Shown one piece after another: positions 32,970-43,945 of a stretch of DNA of 56,790 bases. The notes beneath the pieces are model-generated. The model worked only from the letters and a program-made list of their open reading frames with translations, searched no databases and had not been told where the DNA came from. The stretch is taken from positions 1-56,790 of IMG/VR virus record IMGVR_UViG_3300021400_000048, one strand, 5' to 3'. The translations under genes were made by a program, and so were the position numbers. How positions within the stretch are numbered: the stretch's first letter is position 1; each line of letters starts with the position of its first letter. Origin of the DNA: a virus. Taxonomy: Duplodnaviria > Heunggongvirae > Uroviricota > Caudoviricetes.

Positions 32970-34321
32970 TATAAACTAACCTCACCAGTCTCACTATTAA
33001 TAGGATCAGTTTCATAGCTATTTTTTAGTTTAGCTGCTTCTTCTTTAGTTGAAGCTTTATCAATATATTCTAATTTGCCTGTATTAAAATCCGCTTCATA
33101 AACAAGTTCAACACCATCGCCACCATCACGTGCTTTTAAAATGTTAATTACAAGTTGATCATGACCACTTTGTTCATTAAATCTACGACTTAACATTAAA
33201 ATAACAGTTGCATCTTGACCAATTCTATCTGATAAAGCAATTTGAGTGGTATCTTGAATAACTTTACCAGTATCTTTATCTTTTTCACCAGTTCTATTAT
33301 TTTGTGTTACTGAAGCAATTGGAATTCGTTTCATAACTTGTAAATTTTTAATTGCTTTAGAAATATTAGCTACTCGCTCATGTTCAGCTTTTGCATGACT
33401 TGTATCTTCTAATAAAGAATATTGGTCAATTAAAAGAAAATTAATGTTTTCTCTTTCAACAAAAGCTCGTAATGCATCAACTGTAGCTGGTCCTGCAATG
33501 TCATTTGGAGTTAAGACTTTAATTTGGCCAATTGCATTATTATTTCTCTTTTCTTGAAGTTGATCTAAATATTGTTTATAATTATCTTTAGCTGATTCTT
33601 CACCTTTAGTAATTGCTTTATTAGTAAATTTAACTTCACCAAGATTGCCAAGAATAGTATCAATACGACTTGCTACTTTATCCACTGACATTTCACCTGA
33701 ATAAAAACCAACAGTTCTTCCTTGAAGCGCTGCATATGCCGCTAATATTACCAACATCCAAGTTTTACCAATACCAGTACGAGCAGCAATAACCATATTT
33801 TCATTTTCTACATCAATACCACCAATAATTTTATCTAATTCTTCAAGGCCAGTACTAAAATAGAAATCATCTTTATGTGCAACTCTATCTAAATACTTTT
33901 TAAATCTTTCATTAGTATTGTCTGTAATATCTGTGCACTTAACACTTGTGCTCTTAATAGAGATTTCATCAAGCTGAGTTGCAACAGACTTCATTAAATC
34001 AGAAATTTCATATTTTCCATCTTCATAAGTTTCTTTTGCTTTATTAAAAATTTCTGCAAACTTTGCTGTCTTATAGTCATTAATAACAGCATCAATTAAA
34101 TAATCTATAGGTTCATTAACTTTTTGTAATTCAAAATCTGGGAAATGAGCTACAAATGTTGCTTCATCTGGCACAGTATTATACGCTGCAACATGACTTT
34201 TAATATAGTTAAATTCATTTTTATAATTAAAGAAGTAATCTGCTTGTAAATTATTTTTAGAAATAATATCATAATTTTTATCTTCAAGTATTTTATTTAA
34301 AAGTTGTAATTGACTTAACAT
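32969..34321 (-). CDS. DnaB-like replicative helicase
   Basis: ARTGIGKT, SGEM, IDQY, QNNR, DRIGQDA, KARDG. Confidence 0.9.
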   Translation of the reverse strand: MLSQLQLLNKILEDKNYDIISKNNLQADYFFNYKNEFNYIKSHVAAYNTVPDEATFVAHFPDFELQKVNEPIDYLIDAVINDYKTAKFAEIFNKAKETYEDGKYEISDLMKSVATQLDEISIKSTSVKCTDITDNTNERFKKYLDRVAHKDDFYFSTGLEELDKIIGGIDVENENMVIAARTGIGKTWMLVILAAYAALQGRTVGFYSGEMSVDKVASRIDTILGNLGEVKFTNKAITKGEESAKDNYKQYLDQLQEKRNNNAIGQIKVLTPNDIAGPATVDALRAFVERENINFLLIDQYSLLEDTSHAKAEHERVANISKAIKNLQVMKRIPIASVTQNNRTGEKDKDTGKVIQDTTQIALSDRIGQDATVILMLSRRFNEQSGHDQLVINILKARDGGDGVELVYEADFNTGKLEYIDKASTKEEAAKLKNSYETDPINSETGEVSL

Positions 34322-35046
34322 TGATTACCTCCGTCATTATTATCTAAACTATTTAAAAATTCATCTAACTTTGTTGTTGTGCCAATTGAACGTTTATCTC
34401 TACCATTAAGCTCAATTTCCATAGAAAAATTACAAACTCTACTAGCAAGTCTTTCACCAAGTGCTTCAGTTAATTCATTTTGATTTAAATTTGAAGTATA
34501 AATATTAGATTTATTTAATGAAATTCTATTATCTATATAGCTTAAAAGATGTGAAATTTCAAATTCTGTTCCAACTTTTGCTGCAATATCATCCCAAACA
34601 ACTAAGTCTGCTTTTAAAATATTTTCTTGAATAAAGTCTAAATATTCATTTTTAGTATTTTTAAAATCTTTTATTGCAAGTAAAAATCTTGGTACAGAAA
34701 TAAATAAAGCTTTACACTCAGATGCTGTCGTTGGCCAAATTTTATTAAAATAAGATTGAATCATTCTAATTGCCCAAGAGCTTTTGCCATTTCCACAAAT
34801 ATGTGAATGTAAATATAAATTACGACCTTCTTCAACAAACTTGTCAATATTTTTTTCAATTAATGATAATTGTTGAAATTCTTGTAAATCTGTATTATCA
34901 TTATCTACAAATAAATCTTTTCTACCATATTGGCTCGGTGTTAATAAAGATCTTGAAAATAAATCTTCTAGTTTATATTTTCTTAAGCAAAAGTCTTTGT
35001 TACAATCTTTATGATTACAATTTGCTGTTCAAAAACATTTTTGCAT
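34315..35046 (-). CDS. DnaC/IstB-like helicase loader ATPase, TGA=Trp at codon 6
   Basis: MQKCF*TANCNHKDC.. continuous frame through GNGKS (Walker A) and VVWDD. Confidence 0.85.
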
Positions 35047-35056
35047 AAATTACCCC

Positions 35057-35644
35057 TTACTTTAAACCTGTACTACCTTGCCAACCTTCACCACGACTTG
35101 TTTTTTCTGTGTAGAATTCTTCTGGTGTTAAGTCTAAAATTTCAATTGGATCTGTCGAAATTAAATGTGGAATAAATTGAATAACTTTTTGGCCACATTC
35201 AAGAACTTGATACTCATCAGAAGTATTAATTAAATGCAAATGCCATTCACCTTGATAACTTGCATCAATAACAGAAGCGCCAAAAACTAATTTCTTTTTT
35301 GTTGCAATACCAGATTTATTATTTGCAATTAATGCAAGTTCAGGACCAAATTTACTTCTAATACCACTTGGAATTATAATATCTTTATGTGGTGCAATAT
35401 AAATTTTACCATCAGAATCAATATAAGAAGTTTTATTTTCTCTAACTTTTGCTATTACTGTAGTATTACCAGCTTCTACCATTGTAAAATGACTATAAGT
35501 TAAATCTTCTGGCTTATTATTTTTATCTCTCAAAGCCACTCTAAAATCAATACTATTATCTGGAATATAAACATCAATACCAGCATTTTCACCCACACTT
35601 CTAATTGGGTCTTTAACATTACGTGTTTTAATGAATTGTATCAT
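35057..35644 (-). CDS. dut: dUTPase
   Basis: AGID, NKSG, VIDASYQGE, RGEGWQGSTG. Confidence 0.9.
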   Translation of the reverse strand: MIQFIKTRNVKDPIRSVGENAGIDVYIPDNSIDFRVALRDKNNKPEDLTYSHFTMVEAGNTTVIAKVRENKTSYIDSDGKIYIAPHKDIIIPSGIRSKFGPELALIANNKSGIATKKKLVFGASVIDASYQGEWHLHLINTSDEYQVLECGQKVIQFIPHLISTDPIEILDLTPEEFYTEKTSRGEGWQGSTGLK

Positions 35645-35723
35645 AAGTATCTCCTTTTTACTTTTATCATAATATTATACAATAAAAAAAGACAATATTT
35701 TTGAAATATTGCCAATTTTTATA

Positions 35724-36230
35724 CTAAAGTTTAGCCCAAGTTGTTTGTTGAATAGTATAGCCATTTGTTGTTTCGTCATTTTTACTTTGGCTGCTGGCAA
35801 TTATGTCAAAGTCAGTTTCTTGTAAATTTGGAAAAAATGCAGTTGCTTCAGCATCAACAGCATCAACAAAAGTTACATCTATTTCATCATAATAAGGTAA
35901 AAAAGCTTTATAAACACCAGCACCACCACAAATATAGATAGTATATTGTACAGATAATATTTTAATAAACTTGATCAATTGATTAAAATCGCTAAATGTA
36001 ATTGCACCTTCTAAGCAGTCCATTGAAGGTGCCTTATCCCACAATACAATATTAATTCTATTTTTAAGTGGTCTCTTAGGCAATGACATATAAGTATTAT
36101 AACCAAATACGCAAATATTACCAGTAGTTGCTTCTTTAAAATGTTGCATATCAGCTGGAATATTAAATAAAAGGCCATTCTTTTTACCTATTCCATAATC
36201 TTTTGCACAGCAAACTATGCCTTTAATCAT
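35724..36230 (-). CDS. folA: Dihydrofolate reductase
   Basis: GIG, IPADMQHFK, PLKNRINIV, GGAGVY. Confidence 0.95.
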   Translation of the reverse strand: MIKGIVCCAKDYGIGKKNGLLFNIPADMQHFKEATTGNICVFGYNTYMSLPKRPLKNRINIVLWDKAPSMDCLEGAITFSDFNQLIKFIKILSVQYTIYICGGAGVYKAFLPYYDEIDVTFVDAVDAEATAFFPNLQETDFDIIASSQSKNDETTNGYTIQQTTWAKL

Positions 36231-36685
36231 TATTTTGCCTCATTTAATATAGTTTTGCCAGTCTTTTTAGACTTTTTTGCAATTATTTTTTCTTCTGTAT
36301 CACGTTGATTATCAAAATATTGTTGAACATATTTATTTCTTGCTTCAGTATCGGCTTTAATATCAGCTAATTTTTCTTTTTGCATTTCAACTAAACACAT
36401 AACTGAATAGTTAGCAAGGTCAATAAATGTATCTTCGAGAGATTCAAAATCATTTTTTTCGCCTTTTACTAAATTTGCAGCTCTATTTAGCTTATCATAT
36501 AATCTAGTAATGCCTGAAATTGGCCCAAGTTTTGTCCAAGTTTCACCAAAACTATCACCATAATTACGATTTTTCTTTTCGTAAAGTGTTGCCATTTCAT
36601 CTAAAATATAAGCAAATATAATAATATTATCATTTATTTTTTTATTTGGTTCGTCTAAAAGTTTTTTAATTTCACTAATATTCAT
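36230..36685 (-). CDS. DUF1599/Nmad1-like protein
   Basis: KKNRNYGDSF, RLYDKLNR, DTFIDLANYSVM. Confidence 0.75.
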   Translation of the reverse strand: MNISEIKKLLDEPNKKINDNIIIFAYILDEMATLYEKKNRNYGDSFGETWTKLGPISGITRLYDKLNRAANLVKGEKNDFESLEDTFIDLANYSVMCLVEMQKEKLADIKADTEARNKYVQQYFDNQRDTEEKIIAKKSKKTGKTILNEAK

Positions 36686-36686
36686 A

Positions 36687-37502
36687 TTAATTTCCTCTCT
36701 TAGCTAATTTCATTAAATTTGTTATTAAAGCAAGTCTTGTTAATAAACCAACTCCGCCTGGAACTGGTGTTTTTTCACATACTGTAACTGCCTCACAATC
36801 ACCACAAAGTTTACCTTCATCATTTCTATTCATGCCAACATCTATGATAAAACAATTATCATATTTATCAACAAATTTAGAGTAACCTAAATCATCATTT
36901 GTTAAAGTATTTCTATGCCCTGTTGCAACTATAATCAAATCTGCATGTGCTAATAAAGTACGCTTATTTTCTATAGAAGTTTTACTATGAATAACAGATA
37001 CATTACAGCTTCTTTCTAACAATAATCTTGCCATTGGCTTACCAACAATATTGCTTCTACCAATAACAACTGCATTTTTATCAACAAAATCATAATTATT
37101 ATATTCTAAATAATCAATAATTCCTTGTGGTGTTCCTGGATTAACATAAGCTAATTTTGAAAAGCCATCAACATCTTTCTCAGGACTAATAGCTTCAATA
37201 ACTTTTTGTTCAGAAATATGTTTTGGAAGTGGAAGTTGAACAATTAAACCTGTTACTTCTTTATCATTATTTAAACAGTCAATTAAATTTAATAAATAGT
37301 GTTCATCAACATTTTCTTCTAATTTAATTAATTCTGCTTTAATTCCAACTTCTGCGCAATCTTTTAGCTTACCTTTAATATAAGCATTACTTGCAGGATT
37401 ATCACCAATTTGTACAATTACAAGTATTAAATTTTCAAATTCTTTGACTTCTTCTTTAATTTCTTCTTTTCTTTTAGCTACATATTCTTTAATTGGAATC
37501 AT
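36687..37502 (-). CDS. folD: Methylene-THF dehydrogenase/cyclohydrolase
   Basis: VQLPLP, KDVDG, GRSNIVGKP, PVPGGVG. Confidence 0.95.
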   Translation of the reverse strand: MIPIKEYVAKRKEEIKEEVKEFENLILVIVQIGDNPASNAYIKGKLKDCAEVGIKAELIKLEENVDEHYLLNLIDCLNNDKEVTGLIVQLPLPKHISEQKVIEAISPEKDVDGFSKLAYVNPGTPQGIIDYLEYNNYDFVDKNAVVIGRSNIVGKPMARLLLERSCNVSVIHSKTSIENKRTLLAHADLIIVATGHRNTLTNDDLGYSKFVDKYDNCFIIDVGMNRNDEGKLCGDCEAVTVCEKTPVPGGVGLLTRLALITNLMKLAKRGN

Positions 37503-37872
37503 TTAAAACCTCTTCTTTATATTCTCTACAGTCTATACCATTATTATTCAACCACTCGGCAATAATATGCCTGTGACAAAATTTTTCTGGAGACTCATAA
37601 CAAATTAATGCAACATCTTTATTATTACTTATACTATATAAATAATTAACTAGCTCAGTTGCGTTAAGTTTATTTAAAACCTTTTCAATATAGTCATTTT
37701 TATACTTAATTTCATCTTTATCATTTTTATAATTAAATAAAATTTCTTTTGTTGGTGCTAGTACTTTTAACTCAGTAATTAATATACCTTTTGGTAAATA
37801 TAGACTAACAGAAACAGGAAAAATACTTTGTGGAAGTTTATTTAATTTTGCAAAATAAGTAGTATAAATCAT
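37489..37872 (-). CDS. DUF488-family protein
   Basis: IYTTYF, LAPT, LICYE...CHR. Confidence 0.75.
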   Translation of the reverse strand: MIYTTYFAKLNKLPQSIFPVSVSLYLPKGILITELKVLAPTKEILFNYKNDKDEIKYKNDYIEKVLNKLNATELVNYLYSISNNKDVALICYESPEKFCHRHIIAEWLNNNGIDCREYKEEVLNDSN

Positions 37873-37876
37873 ATTT

Positions 37877-39505
37877 TTAATTAAATTTATCCAAGCAACG
37901 TGGCTCTTTTGGTAAGCCTGGCATTAATAATAAAGCGCCAGAAAGTGGCACAATTAAACCAGCACCAGCATAAAGTCTAACTTCTCTAATATGAATTTTG
38001 AATCCTTCTGGTCTACCTAAAATTTTTGGATCATCAGTTAAGCTATTTGGCGTTTTACTGATACAAACTGGTAAATTTCCATAGCCCATATCTTCATATC
38101 GTTTAATTTGTTCAAGTGCTAAATCTGTATATTCTACACCAGAAGCACCATAAATTTCTTTACAAATTTTATCTATTTTAGTTAAAATTGGTTCATCAAA
38201 GCTATAAAGTGGTTCAAAGCCACCATAGCAAGCTAAATGTTTAATATCTAAATTGACTGCAGTCATTACTTGATTAGCTAAATCTACAGCTCCAAAACTT
38301 CCATCTAGTGCTGCAGTATTTACCGAATACCAAATATTATCATTTAATAATAACTCACATAAAGTTTCTTGTTCTTTACCAGTATCATTTGGAAATCTAT
38401 TAATAGCTACAATTACTGGAACACCATATGTACACATATTTTCATAGTGTTTTTTTAGGTTACAATATCCAGCTTTTAATGCCTCAATATTTTCTTTATC
38501 TAAATCTTCAAACTTAACACCACCATGAAGTTTTAATGCTCTAATTGTTGCAACTAAAACAATAGCATCTGGTGATAAATTACCAAGTTGACACTTAATA
38601 TCTAAGAACTTCTCAGCTCCTAAATCACCACCAAAACCTGCCTCAGTAACTACAACATCAGCCATCTTTAAAGCCATCTTTGTAGCATTAATTGAATTCA
38701 CTCCAATTGAAATATTAGCAAATGGACCACAATGAACTAATACTGGATTTTCTTCAAGAGTTTGAACAATATTAGGATTCATTGCATTTCTCATCATTTT
38801 AAGAATTGCTTTACCACAATTAAATTGACCAAAATAAACAGGTTCATCATTATAAGTATAAGCAACTATAATTTTGTTAACTCTTTCAACAAATTCTTCT
38901 TCAGTTTGAGAAATGGTTAAAATAGTCATTAATTCACTCGCAACTGTAATAACAAACTCATCATGATGTGGTATTGCTTTTTTATCATCTTGCGCAACTG
39001 TTACGCTTCTTAATGCTCTATCATTAATATCAAGTGCGCGCTTCCAAGAAATTTTATTTGGGTCAATATTTAATTCATTTCCTTGGTAAATATGATTATC
39101 AATAATTGCTGCCATTAAATTAATTGTTGAGGTTAATGCATGAAAATCACCAGTAAAGTGTAAATTAATATCATCACTTGGAACAATAGTAGATTTCAAA
39201 GCACCAACAGCACCACCTTTAATTCCCCAAACAGGACCTAAAGAAGGCTCCCTTAAACAAGCAAGTGAGTTAACACCAATTCTACGTAAGCCATCATGCA
39301 AACCAATTGTAGTTGTTGTTTTACCTTCACCAGCTTTTGTTGGCGTAATAGCAGTAACTAAAACAAGCTTACCGTCTTTTTTATTTTTTAATTCTTCTTT
39401 ATATTTTAAATCAATCTTAGCTTTATCCCAACCATATGGCTGAATATATTGTCGATCTATACCTAATTCATCAGTTAATTCTAATATATTTTTCATACTG
39501 ATCAC
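37877..39505 (-). CDS. fhs: Formate-tetrahydrofolate ligase
   Basis: TPTKAGEGKTT, HCGPFANI, TEAGFG, MPGLP. Confidence 0.95.
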   Translation of the reverse strand: MISMKNILELTDELGIDRQYIQPYGWDKAKIDLKYKEELKNKKDGKLVLVTAITPTKAGEGKTTTTIGLHDGLRRIGVNSLACLREPSLGPVWGIKGGAVGALKSTIVPSDDINLHFTGDFHALTSTINLMAAIIDNHIYQGNELNIDPNKISWKRALDINDRALRSVTVAQDDKKAIPHHDEFVITVASELMTILTISQTEEEFVERVNKIIVAYTYNDEPVYFGQFNCGKAILKMMRNAMNPNIVQTLEENPVLVHCGPFANISIGVNSINATKMALKMADVVVTEAGFGGDLGAEKFLDIKCQLGNLSPDAIVLVATIRALKLHGGVKFEDLDKENIEALKAGYCNLKKHYENMCTYGVPVIVAINRFPNDTGKEQETLCELLLNDNIWYSVNTAALDGSFGAVDLANQVMTAVNLDIKHLACYGGFEPLYSFDEPILTKIDKICKEIYGASGVEYTDLALEQIKRYEDMGYGNLPVCISKTPNSLTDDPKILGRPEGFKIHIREVRLYAGAGLIVPLSGALLLMPGLPKEPRCLDKFN

Positions 39506-39508
39506 CTC

Positions 39509-40183
39509 TTAAAAACTATCAATAAAATTTAACTCAAAAGGTTTTGTTCAATCAAGTGCGTAGCCATCTTTAGTTGCAATAACATTTGGAAAAAATGCTT
39601 CTGAAGAAATTATTAAATTCATAGCATCAGCTATTAATAGTGGTTTATCTGGTCTAAAAATAAAGTATCCTTTATGTTGAGTATTTGCATAAGCCAACAA
39701 TCTATTATTATCTTTATGAAATAGCTTCTTTATTTTTTTATTCCATTCATTAATAGTCAAATTATCTTTATTTATAAACAAATCTATAGTATTTACAAGC
39801 ATTGAATTATAATCAAAATATGCTTTGCAATCACAGTATAATCCATTTAATCCAACTAAGTCTGCTTGATCTTCTCCTACACCAGCATTAAATCCACCAG
39901 TATAATGTGACGTCCAAGAAAATTCTGTATATACTTGTTGAGCTACAAATTCCCATCTATCAGCATTACCATATGATTGTCATATTTTTTCAGCTGATTT
40001 AATGGTTTCAGGATTTGGTGCCGGTTTATCTATTATTAAATGATAATTTTTACCGCCAGGCACTCAGTCAGCGGTTTCTCTTATTTCAGTAAAACCAGGT
40101 CAATCATGATTTTTTTTAGAAATTTGATATCAAGTTTCTACATATTTTGTATTATATTTTGGTAAATTATATTTTGAATACAT
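39509..40183 (-). CDS. Hypothetical protein, 5 in-frame TGA=Trp
   Basis: ATG overlaps the upstream TAA (TAATG); frame open except for TGA, to a TAA just before the fhs start. Confidence 0.8.
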
Positions 40184-40665
40184 TATTCAGCTGCCTCACT
40201 TATATTAACAATTTCAACTTTACCCTCATAAAGATCATTATCTAAAAAACCCCAATAAAGCTCGCCTGAAATATTTCTAACACAAGCATCTATGTCAATA
40301 AAATCATAATATTCTTTTAAGTGATCACCAGTGCTTGTACCACCAATAACCCAAGCAGGTCTAGACGAATCGTCAACAGTAATACCTCTATCTACTTCAT
40401 ATTGGGATAAATTAAGCTCATTAAATTCTTTACAACCTTTAAGCATTTTATCTACAAAATCATAAATATTATCAGAGTCAATATAAAACATAACTGATTT
40501 ATTGCTCTTCCAATAACCTTCTTGATCGCTACAATTTTCATTAAAATACTTAATAATATATTCTACAATAGCTTGTATGTTTCTTGGCTTATACCCTGGC
40601 GCCATAACAGTAATAACGCCAGTAGTACTTTTAATCATATTTCTTAAAGTTAATAGTCTTTTCAT
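40183..40665 (-). CDS. Hypothetical protein
   Basis: 160 aa, translationally coupled. Confidence 0.75.
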   Translation of the reverse strand: MKRLLTLRNMIKSTTGVITVMAPGYKPRNIQAIVEYIIKYFNENCSDQEGYWKSNKSVMFYIDSDNIYDFVDKMLKGCKEFNELNLSQYEVDRGITVDDSSRPAWVIGGTSTGDHLKEYYDFIDIDACVRNISGELYWGFLDNDLYEGKVEIVNISEAAE

Positions 40666-41516
40666 TATTCGGCTACCTCAAACTTTTCTTCAAGCTTAGT
40701 TGCTTGATAGTCTTCTAATTTAAAATCATCTTCTGTAAAAACATAAAAGTCTTTAATTTCAGGATTAATCCACAGCTTTGGTGCAGGATATTCTGGATTA
40801 TTCATAATTTTTTTAACTGCTTCTACGTGTCTGTCATAAATATGTAAGTTATTAACAATATGAACTAACTCACCAACTTCATAGCCACAAACTTGCGCTA
40901 ACATATGTTGAAGAATTGCATATTCCATTGTGTCCCAACCACCAGAAGCTGCTGCTGCAAGTAAATCACCAGAACGTTGAACTAATGTACAGTTTAATTT
41001 ACCATCTTTAACATCCCAGAGACTCTCATAAACACATGGCGGAAGTGCCATATCATGTAAATCTTCTGGGCACCACATAGTAACGATCATTCTACGATCC
41101 ATTGGTTTATTCTTTAATAAGTAAATTAAATTGTCAACTTGATCAAAATCACCATAAGAATAATGTGAAACTTTACCTAATTGATAGCCATAAGTTTTAC
41201 CAATAGTTCCGTCAGGTCTTTCCCAAGCTCGCCAAATACCAGCAGATTTTCCAAGTTCATTAACAACATTTGATTTCTTTTGCCACATCCAAAGTAGCTC
41301 TCTTACAACACCTTTAAAAGCTTGGGTTCTTAAAGTTAATATTGGAAATTCTTTACTTAAATCATAACGTCTAATAGCACAAAAAGTTTTAATAGTATGA
41401 GCTGGTGTTCCATCTGGCCATTTTGGTCTTACTTCGTATGCTTCATCATTAAAACCATTCTCTAATAATTCATTTACTTCTTCTTTAAAATATTTATCTG
41501 CTAGACTCATTATCAA
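40665..41516 (-). CDS. thyA: Thymidylate synthase
   Basis: RELLW, MALPPC, QRSGD, NLHIYDRH. Confidence 0.95.
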   Translation of the reverse strand: MIMSLADKYFKEEVNELLENGFNDEAYEVRPKWPDGTPAHTIKTFCAIRRYDLSKEFPILTLRTQAFKGVVRELLWMWQKKSNVVNELGKSAGIWRAWERPDGTIGKTYGYQLGKVSHYSYGDFDQVDNLIYLLKNKPMDRRMIVTMWCPEDLHDMALPPCVYESLWDVKDGKLNCTLVQRSGDLLAAAASGGWDTMEYAILQHMLAQVCGYEVGELVHIVNNLHIYDRHVEAVKKIMNNPEYPAPKLWINPEIKDFYVFTEDDFKLEDYQATKLEEKFEVAE

Positions 41517-41988
41517 GTTCCTTCTTAATATTTTCTAAAATTTCTTCAACTAATTTTCTTGTGTTTGCATGTAAAACCATGCCTTTATGTTGATTATACC
41601 AACTAAAAATTTCATCTAATTTATCAATTTTAAAACTAAATGACCACCAGTCACAAATCATTTCATAAACATAATTTTCAGGCATTTCTAAAGCTTCTTC
41701 TGGTTCATCATCATGCTTTAAAACCCAATATTGCCAATGATGTGGATTTTCATGTATATGATGAAGCCAAGCATAATTAAAATCTGATTCTACTTTTTCT
41801 GTTTTTTCTTTACCATAAAAGTATTTATCATATGCATCATATTCTTCATCTGAATACTTTGATGCATCATGTTGCATAATTTGTTTTTCTAAATTACCTT
41901 TAATAATCTTATGACTTTTTAGCCAATCATAAGCTTTCTTAACATTTTCTCTATGCGCTACAATATATTCTGTATAAGCTTTACTCAT
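41494..41988 (-). CDS. HD-like (DUF5662-like) protein
   Basis: HDASK, HHIHENPHHWQY, EMICDWW. Confidence 0.7.
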   Translation of the reverse strand: MSKAYTEYIVAHRENVKKAYDWLKSHKIIKGNLEKQIMQHDASKYSDEEYDAYDKYFYGKEKTEKVESDFNYAWLHHIHENPHHWQYWVLKHDDEPEEALEMPENYVYEMICDWWSFSFKIDKLDEIFSWYNQHKGMVLHANTRKLVEEILENIKKELDNESSR

Positions 41989-42388
41989 TATTTTCTAAAT
42001 TATCCTTTCTAAATAATTGTTCTGCTTCAAGATCATTTATCCAACGACCATATTCAGTTTGTTTCCAACCAGGATTTTCTTTTAAAAATTCATCAAGTCT
42101 TTCTTTATAATCAGCTTCATTATAACATAATTCTGTATGATTATCTGGAAAAATTTTTTCTGTCATTATAACTTGGTCTTCATCGACAAATTTAAAACTA
42201 CCAGCACCTAAATCTTCATAATTATTTGTTGTCCATTCAACTATTAAACAATAGCCATCTGTAGTAATATGAATATCATGATAATGTTTATCACTTTTTG
42301 AATTAAAGTCTAATAAAAAGTTAATTAGATCAAGATGTAATTTCTTCTCGACTTCTTCGGGTGTAAATCCTTGACTATTATATTCCAT
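41981..42388 (-). CDS. Hypothetical protein
   Basis: 135 aa, coupled. Confidence 0.75.
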   Translation of the reverse strand: MEYNSQGFTPEEVEKKLHLDLINFLLDFNSKSDKHYHDIHITTDGYCLIVEWTTNNYEDLGAGSFKFVDEDQVIMTEKIFPDNHTELCYNEADYKERLDEFLKENPGWKQTEYGRWINDLEAEQLFRKDNLENNE

Positions 42389-42711
42389 TATTTTTTCTCC
42401 TCAAACATATTATCATCTTCAATAAGAGCTCTCAATAACAATAAATAATTTATATTATCAGTAATTTTGTCCATCCATAATTGTTTTGGAAATGCCTTTT
42501 CACTCGCAACCATATCAGCTAAACTTTTAATATGCTTATACATAAACATATATAAAGTTCTTTCTGGAGATAATTTAGTTAAATCAGTCCCTTGCTTAAA
42601 AAATGAAAGTCTATCTTCATCTAAATTATACTCATCTTGTTTTTTCAGTAAAGTATTTTTACAAATCTCTAATGTTTCTTCAACAACTTTATTAAATTTT
42701 TCATGTGTCAT
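42388..42711 (-). CDS. Hypothetical protein (nucleotide-modification-associated helical fold possible)
   Basis: K..EY, KI.DNINYL. Confidence 0.65.
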   Translation of the reverse strand: MTHEKFNKVVEETLEICKNTLLKKQDEYNLDEDRLSFFKQGTDLTKLSPERTLYMFMYKHIKSLADMVASEKAFPKQLWMDKITDNINYLLLLRALIEDDNMFEEKK

Positions 42712-42728
42712 ACTATAATTACCTCTTG

Positions 42729-43154
42729 TTATTTAAAAAATTCTAAATTTATATTATGTATATTTTGAAAAACTAAATACAAAATTTCAGGCTCTGGCAT
42801 TGTATTGTAAGTGCCAAGTCCATATTCTTTATCATCTAAAAGCAATGTAAAACATTGACCACAATCATCTATTTTTATATAATAAGTATTATTAAATAGT
42901 TGAATTTGGTAGTCTGCATCAACTCTATTTGCTTCATCTGCTGATAATATTTGCATCTTTGGAATTTCATTTAAGTCTAAATTATATTGCATTAATTTAT
43001 CAACTGTTGAATAAACTCCATGTACATATGATTGCCATGTAGCTTTTGCTTCTTTTGTAAATTTATCACTTGTAAGCATTCTTTTTGCATAATCAATTTG
43101 ACAATCATAAATGTCTTTTAAGTCTTCTAATGTTAAGCTCATATCTGCCTCCAT
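42729..43154 (-). CDS. Hypothetical protein
   Basis: 141 aa, promoter upstream. Confidence 0.7.
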   Translation of the reverse strand: MEADMSLTLEDLKDIYDCQIDYAKRMLTSDKFTKEAKATWQSYVHGVYSTVDKLMQYNLDLNEIPKMQILSADEANRVDADYQIQLFNNTYYIKIDDCGQCFTLLLDDKEYGLGTYNTMPEPEILYLVFQNIHNINLEFFK

Positions 43155-43218
43155 CTATATTATACATATTATTATACAATAAAAGCTGATGATTTTTTAG
43201 ATCAACAGCTTTATTTTT

Positions 43219-43911
43219 TTATTTTTTATCTTTTGAATCAATTAATTCTCTTGTTGGATCTTTGACTAATTTAAAAATTCCAGACTTTACAATAGCATTT
43301 AAATTAATTGGATAGAAATCTAAATATTCACAACATAAGTTTAATTCTGGAATACCTTTTTCAATAGTTTTATCTAAATGTCTTTTAATAATTTCATTAT
43401 AAGACAAGCCTGTAAAGTCTAATTTAGAAAATGGGTGACAATGGCCATGAATATTTAATCTATAAGGTGAAATGTCTGGAATATGAGTTAGTCTTATTTT
43501 ATCAGAAATAGCTAATTCACCACTATAGACTTCATCGAATAAATGATTGTCATCAGTACTAGAAACTTCATTAACAAAAATATATTCTTTACCTTCATCC
43601 CAAATATTCACAGATACTTTTGCAAAATTTCTTTTATAATTTGATGCGCCTTTATCATGGTTACCCATAATTAAAACTTTATATCCACGAATTTTTTTAA
43701 TGTATTTGACATCTCCAATATCACCTAAGAAAATAATAGTATCATGTTTTCCAACTTTGCTATTAATTCTTTTAACTTGTTCTTCAGGTGTAATTTGTCG
43801 AATTCCCCATAAGTCAGTATCACCAAAATGAGGGTCAGAGTATAACCAAATACTTGAACTATTAGTTTTTTTCCAAGTTTTTTCAAAAATATCATATAAT
43901 ATTTGTGTCAT
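43219..43911 (-). CDS. Calcineurin-like metallophosphoesterase
   Basis: SDPHFG, LGDIG, GNHD, HGHCH. Confidence 0.85.
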   Translation of the reverse strand: MTQILYDIFEKTWKKTNSSSIWLYSDPHFGDTDLWGIRQITPEEQVKRINSKVGKHDTIIFLGDIGDVKYIKKIRGYKVLIMGNHDKGASNYKRNFAKVSVNIWDEGKEYIFVNEVSSTDDNHLFDEVYSGELAISDKIRLTHIPDISPYRLNIHGHCHPFSKLDFTGLSYNEIIKRHLDKTIEKGIPELNLCCEYLDFYPINLNAIVKSGIFKLVKDPTRELIDSKDKK

Positions 43912-43945
43912 TTTGGCTCACTTCCTTTCTTATATTATTATACAG

